From Narcine bancroftii (Eukaryota): DNA of 64,000 nucleotides. Every line of letters begins with the position of its first letter. The stretch's first letter is position 1. The translations under genes were made by a program, and so were the position numbers. Below are positions 63,400-64,000 of this stretch, in pieces. The notes beneath the pieces are model-generated. The model was not told the DNA's origin. It ran no database searches and saw only the letters and a program-made list of their open reading frames with translations. Location of the stretch: contig NC_091469.1 in the NCBI RefSeq assembly GCF_036971445.1, forward strand, positions 446,834,001-446,898,000. The letters are read 5' to 3'.

Positions 63400-64000
63400 G
63401 TGGAAAGATGCTTTTGTGCCTAATAGTGTACAACAGGGATCAATACTTCAGCTGTGTCTTATATACGTTAAAGGATGTATTATTACATTGGGGGTTGTTG
63501 ACAGCAAGAAGCGATTTAGCGAAGCAATAGGATATGTAATTTGATTTTAATAAATATAAGTGAATGCATTTTTGGAGGTCTAATAAGAGTAAGACATGAA
63601 CTATGAATGGTAGGATGTTAGGGAATATTGACAACAAGTTCATAGATCCATAAAGGTGGCAGCACAGGACATGAGGCCAATTTTAATGCTGGCCTTCATT
63701 AGTCCGTGCCTAGAATTGAAAAATAATGAGGACATGATTAAGGATGAAAGGTGAAAACTCAAAAGGGAATATTAGGGGAAACTTCTTCATTCAGAGAGTG
63801 GTGAGAATGTAGAATGAGCTGCCAGCTGAAATGATGAATGCGGGCTCAGTTCTTGACATTTAAGAAATATTTGGACAGGTAAAATTGGAATGGAGAGGTT
63901 ATGAAAGGCTATGGTTCAGGGGGCTGGTCAATGGGACTAAGCAGAATAATAGTTTGGCATGGATTAGATGGATCGAAGGGCCTGTTTCTGTGCTGTTGTG
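63400..64000 (+). mobile_element. CR1 3' fragment
   Basis: GGGGAAACTTCTTCATTCAGAGAGTGGTGAGA...GAAGGGCCTGTTTCTGTGCTGT. Confidence 0.8.

Overview
Vertebrate nuclear DNA. The repeat content (CR1, HE1/V-SINE-like SINEs, Rex1, RTE, Penelope, L1, Gypsy) suggests a cartilaginous fish, which is an inference. The window holds one complete spliced gene, MTPAP (mitochondrial poly(A) polymerase), on the minus strand. It has 9 coding exons from 45435 to 13462 with GT-AG junctions and consistent phases, giving a 1731-nt CDS (576 aa), plus a CpG-rich start carrying TISU/YY1 and NRF1-like motifs. An intact processed RPS17 retrocopy (TOP-like 5' end, poly(A), 16-bp TSD) lies at 6786-7268. Most of the rest is transposable elements: five young RTE copies, a full-length L1 with TSD, two decayed Gypsy elements, CR1, Rex1 and SINE fragments, and hAT MITEs. 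The most notable observations are Penelope ends carrying minimal hammerhead-ribozyme motifs (one sense-oriented in MTPAP intron 4), a composite MITE-spacer-MITE transposon present twice, an in-frame L1::RTE chimeric ORF, and a kB-motif-rich island near 59.5-60.5 kb that may be the MAP3K8 promoter. No prokaryotic features were seen. TE boundaries are approximate unless a TSD is quoted.
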